Positions 61,095-64,000 of a DNA stretch of 64,000 nt are shown piece by piece. Each line of letters starts with the position of its first letter. Positions within the stretch are counted from its first letter, which is position 1. A program made the translations under genes and the position numbers. Origin of the DNA: Microthyrium microscopicum (taxonomy: Eukaryota); NCBI GenBank assembly GCA_010405405.1, contig MU004231.1, forward strand, positions 3,894,884-3,958,883. Reading direction: 5' to 3'. The notes under the pieces are model-generated. The model had not been told where the DNA came from. It saw nothing but the letters and a program-made list of their open reading frames with translations, and made no database searches.

Positions 61095-63923
61095 TTATGG
61101 AGAAGTCGTGGCATGATGATTCTTTTCCTCGGCGGCGACAGCACGTTCCCAGTCGGCCATGATTTGTGATGCGGTGCGCTTGAATTGCTCAACGGGCATT
61201 TTGGCTAGGTTGGTGGCCCAGACACCGCTGCTTCGCTTGCTAGCTGTGCCAGAGGCTAGTATGCCGTCGAGACCGTTGAGTGGCTCAATGGCACTGACTC
61301 GCTGGCTAGCTGAGGCGCTTTGAGGAGTGAGTGTCTGAGGAGTTAGGGTGTTGAGCGGACTATTTGGGCGAGAGCCATCGTGGGAAGGTGGTTCGGACGA
61401 AGAGGATGATGGGCTCTTGATGTGTGACTTTGGAGTGGGAGTGTTGTCTGCAGGTTTGATAGGTGTTCCCCATGAGTCCCAGGAGTCTTCAATATCCTTA
61501 GGCTTTTGGGGAGTCGGGATGGCGGATTTGCGGACTGGCTTGATAGAATTGGCAGAGTCTTGTCTTGCTTGAGAAGGTCGAGTGCTTGGTTGGTTTTCGG
61601 TATCAGAGGATATTCCTAGACCATAATCGCGCCAGAAGGCTCCTTGTATGGAAGCATCAAGGAGTGGATCATAAGTCATGCTCGAATTAGCTCTAGGCTG
61701 TGATGTTATGAGAGCAGTGCTATGGCGAGCAAGTTTCTTATTGTGTGTAGACGTTTGAGTATTGCTTCGAGCTAAGCCATGTGTCGGGGTATTGTTGTTG
61801 TTAAGCATACGTGCATTAATAGCTTCATCTCCAACTGTGGCCTGTCGGATGTCCTCGAAGAATGTCCAGAGTCCTTCCTTGATATCAGTTGCCATTTGCT
61901 TCCCTGTACGAAGAATGGCTTCTTTTGGTAAACCATCAACGTTGCTGAAGATATCGTCTTTGGTGGGAGAAAAGATGCCGCTACTCATGTCGGGTTGTGT
62001 TGAAGATCGCTCAAGAGCAGATTTGGGAGCAGGAGGTATTCGTGCTGGCGGCTTCTTGCGTGGACTTGTCATTCGAAAAGGTTCTGATGCTGTGCCCTTG
62101 TCTGGTGATAGTAAAGACAATGTCCGAGTATGCTTTGAACCACTGAAAACTTTTCGACCGGAGGATCGTACACCTGACATTAAAGATTTCCGTCGTTCCA
62201 TTTCTCGCTGCAACCATTGTTGTGAGCCGTCGACATCATCATCAGACACGTCAACGAGAGGAAAGCTGGTGTCTAAAGGCTTGAGTTGAAGTCCTCTCCG
62301 TGATTCCTGTCGCTTTTTGTACATTTCTTGGCTCGCCCAGCGCTTCTTGAGTTTGTTTAGCTCTTGTTCAGCGCGACGAAGTTCTTCTGTGAGCTCCAGA
62401 ACGCGTCGTTCTTGATGAGCCAGTACCGTCAAGAAGTTGCCCTCCGTCGGAGCAGCAAGAACTTCTGGTGAAAGTATTGGACTCGCGTGCCATGAAGGAG
62501 GTCGAGAAGGACGGTTCGTGGCAGGCTGAATAGGAAAGTTGAGGGACAATCGTTTTGAAAGACGATCGGTGGAAAAATTGGCTGGCTCTCGAGTTGGAGA
62601 TGTGATAAAGTCGTCGTTTGTAAGAGTAGCTGATGAAGGAGCATTGAAGGTAAGGGGAGAATCGCCTATCCGTTCCAATGGTATTGGGTGAATAGGACTA
62701 TTGGGGCCTCCAGCATTCAGTATGTCGTCAACGCTGACGGGATGAGTGAGAGTTAGCCGTCGGGGAGAGGTCCGCCGGGACCAGATGCTTTCGTCGGTCA
62801 TGACGTCTCTGAGTTCCTCGTCTTGTAGCTCGTCGCGTTCGTCGTCCGCAAGCTCAGCGGCAGTAGGTGTGCGCACCAGCTCCCGTCTCTGGCGTCGACG
62901 ACCTCCTCTGAAGAAATCGGGACTTGATAAAGACTGAATTTGCGTATCGGTCAAAAAGTCATGATTATTTTGGGTAAGGGAATGGACAGGAGTGGTGAAA
63001 TTGTTTTGCGTGGTGTTGTTTGGGCCAGCCGTCAATAGTAATCTCTCGTTATGAGGCTCGCAGCCATCCCCTGTCGTTGCTTCTATTGAGCGCGGCTCAC
63101 GGACGAATAGAACCACTGCGCGCAGGGATGCCCCTAGTTGCGAAAGAGCAGCTAGTGGCGGCAAACGAGAGCAGGTAGCAACCAGTTGAGCCAATGAGGT
63201 GCGCAAACACACGAGGTAAACTCGTGTCTGTGGGAGAATTAGACGCGCCACGCAATAGCAGCCGAGGCAGCTAAATGTCGCGACTCCCAATCCAATGCCC
63301 AGTCCAAGACTCGAGACAAAAAGTCTGTTGCGTGCAAGAGCTTGCGAATCGACATTGTTGAGCATGAGCGATGAAGCTGCGGAAGCCAGTTTGGAAGGTT
63401 GAGAGAGACTGGCCCAAGGCATGCGAAGCATCAAGGCTAGCCGTTGGCGCACATTTGTTGATGCGAATGTGGCAGCGAAGGTTTCGCTGGTGATTTTCCG
63501 GAATGAAAGAGACAGTGATGGTGTTTTACTTTGCTGAGCACCTGCTCCAGCTTGAGTGAGATAGGAAGTTGTTGTAAGGCTGAAGGAGGGTAGGAATGCA
63601 GATTCTGAGCTGGTGGAGGCAATTGACAATATTGACAATCGATTATCTAGCCTTGTTTGTTGGTCTGCAGGTAAAGGGGGATCAGTGAGAGTGAGGGGCG
63701 TTGCCTGGGCGAGCAAACGTAAATTGTCCGCGAATTCTTGTGTTGATCTTTTGCTGAAATTCTCGTCGCCTGGATCTTGATGTTGAGAGGTAGATGGTTG
63801 AAATGATGATGCATGCTGCGGGGGTTGTCTTTCCTTTGTCTCTTCATTTTGTCTGAGATCTCGACTTCTCGAGGTCACTTCATCCTCTTTTTCAGCCTCT
63901 TCTGACATGGGATCGCGCCCCAT
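61095..63923 (-). CDS. DUF4048-domain protein
   Basis: 942 aa ORF with FLTVLAHQERRVLEL.EEL coiled coil and RTGKQMATDIKEGLWTFFEDIRQATVGDE. True start uncertain. Confidence 0.8.
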   Translation of the reverse strand: MGRDPMSEEAEKEDEVTSRSRDLRQNEETKERQPPQHASSFQPSTSQHQDPGDENFSKRSTQEFADNLRLLAQATPLTLTDPPLPADQQTRLDNRLSILSIASTSSESAFLPSFSLTTTSYLTQAGAGAQQSKTPSLSLSFRKITSETFAATFASTNVRQRLALMLRMPWASLSQPSKLASAASSLMLNNVDSQALARNRLFVSSLGLGIGLGVATFSCLGCYCVARLILPQTRVYLVCLRTSLAQLVATCSRLPPLAALSQLGASLRAVVLFVREPRSIEATTGDGCEPHNERLLLTAGPNNTTQNNFTTPVHSLTQNNHDFLTDTQIQSLSSPDFFRGGRRRQRRELVRTPTAAELADDERDELQDEELRDVMTDESIWSRRTSPRRLTLTHPVSVDDILNAGGPNSPIHPIPLERIGDSPLTFNAPSSATLTNDDFITSPTREPANFSTDRLSKRLSLNFPIQPATNRPSRPPSWHASPILSPEVLAAPTEGNFLTVLAHQERRVLELTEELRRAEQELNKLKKRWASQEMYKKRQESRRGLQLKPLDTSFPLVDVSDDDVDGSQQWLQREMERRKSLMSGVRSSGRKVFSGSKHTRTLSLLSPDKGTASEPFRMTSPRKKPPARIPPAPKSALERSSTQPDMSSGIFSPTKDDIFSNVDGLPKEAILRTGKQMATDIKEGLWTFFEDIRQATVGDEAINARMLNNNNTPTHGLARSNTQTSTHNKKLARHSTALITSQPRANSSMTYDPLLDASIQGAFWRDYGLGISSDTENQPSTRPSQARQDSANSIKPVRKSAIPTPQKPKDIEDSWDSWGTPIKPADNTPTPKSHIKSPSSSSSEPPSHDGSRPNSPLNTLTPQTLTPQSASASQRVSAIEPLNGLDGILASGTASKRSSGVWATNLAKMPVEQFKRTASQIMADWERAVAAEEKNHHATTSP

Positions 63924-64000
63924 TTTTTTATTTTCCCCTCAACACCACCTCTCAGTCGTCCGCTTCTCGATGTGTCGTACAATGGAGGCTGTATTGCCTG

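Overview
Eukaryotic DNA from a filamentous ascomycete (Pezizomycotina, possibly a Dothideomycete; inferred from short introns with CTAAC-type branch sites and fungal gene families). I reconstructed about 30 protein genes by hand, checking reading-frame phase across the introns. Recognisable core genes: Trk K+ transporter, condensin Ycg1/Cnd3, cysteine synthase, a run of four mitochondrial genes (YAH1, UGO1, nuclear ATP9, COQ11), YAF9, TIM22, a CE4 deacetylase, a LovD/beta-lactamase-fold hydrolase, a ferric reductase and a DUF4048 protein. The 40-61 kb stretch looks accessory: orphans, a 63-bp tandem array, three F-box genes (one frameshifted) and a BTB gene. Best leads: (1) a kinase-less PAK/Cla4 autoinhibitory-domain mini-protein; (2) an unannotated protein with the ABBA-KEN-D-box layout of the APC/C-Cdh1 inhibitor Acm1; (3) a DUF3328/UstYa relic joined to a P4-ATPase fragment, near a secreted repeat protein; (4) a Yaf9 with an AF9/ENL-type acyl-lysine pocket; (5) an aftiphilin/Laa2-like candidate. 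No CRISPR array, rRNA, confident tRNA or intact transposon was seen. Family assignments come from recalled motifs, not database searches.
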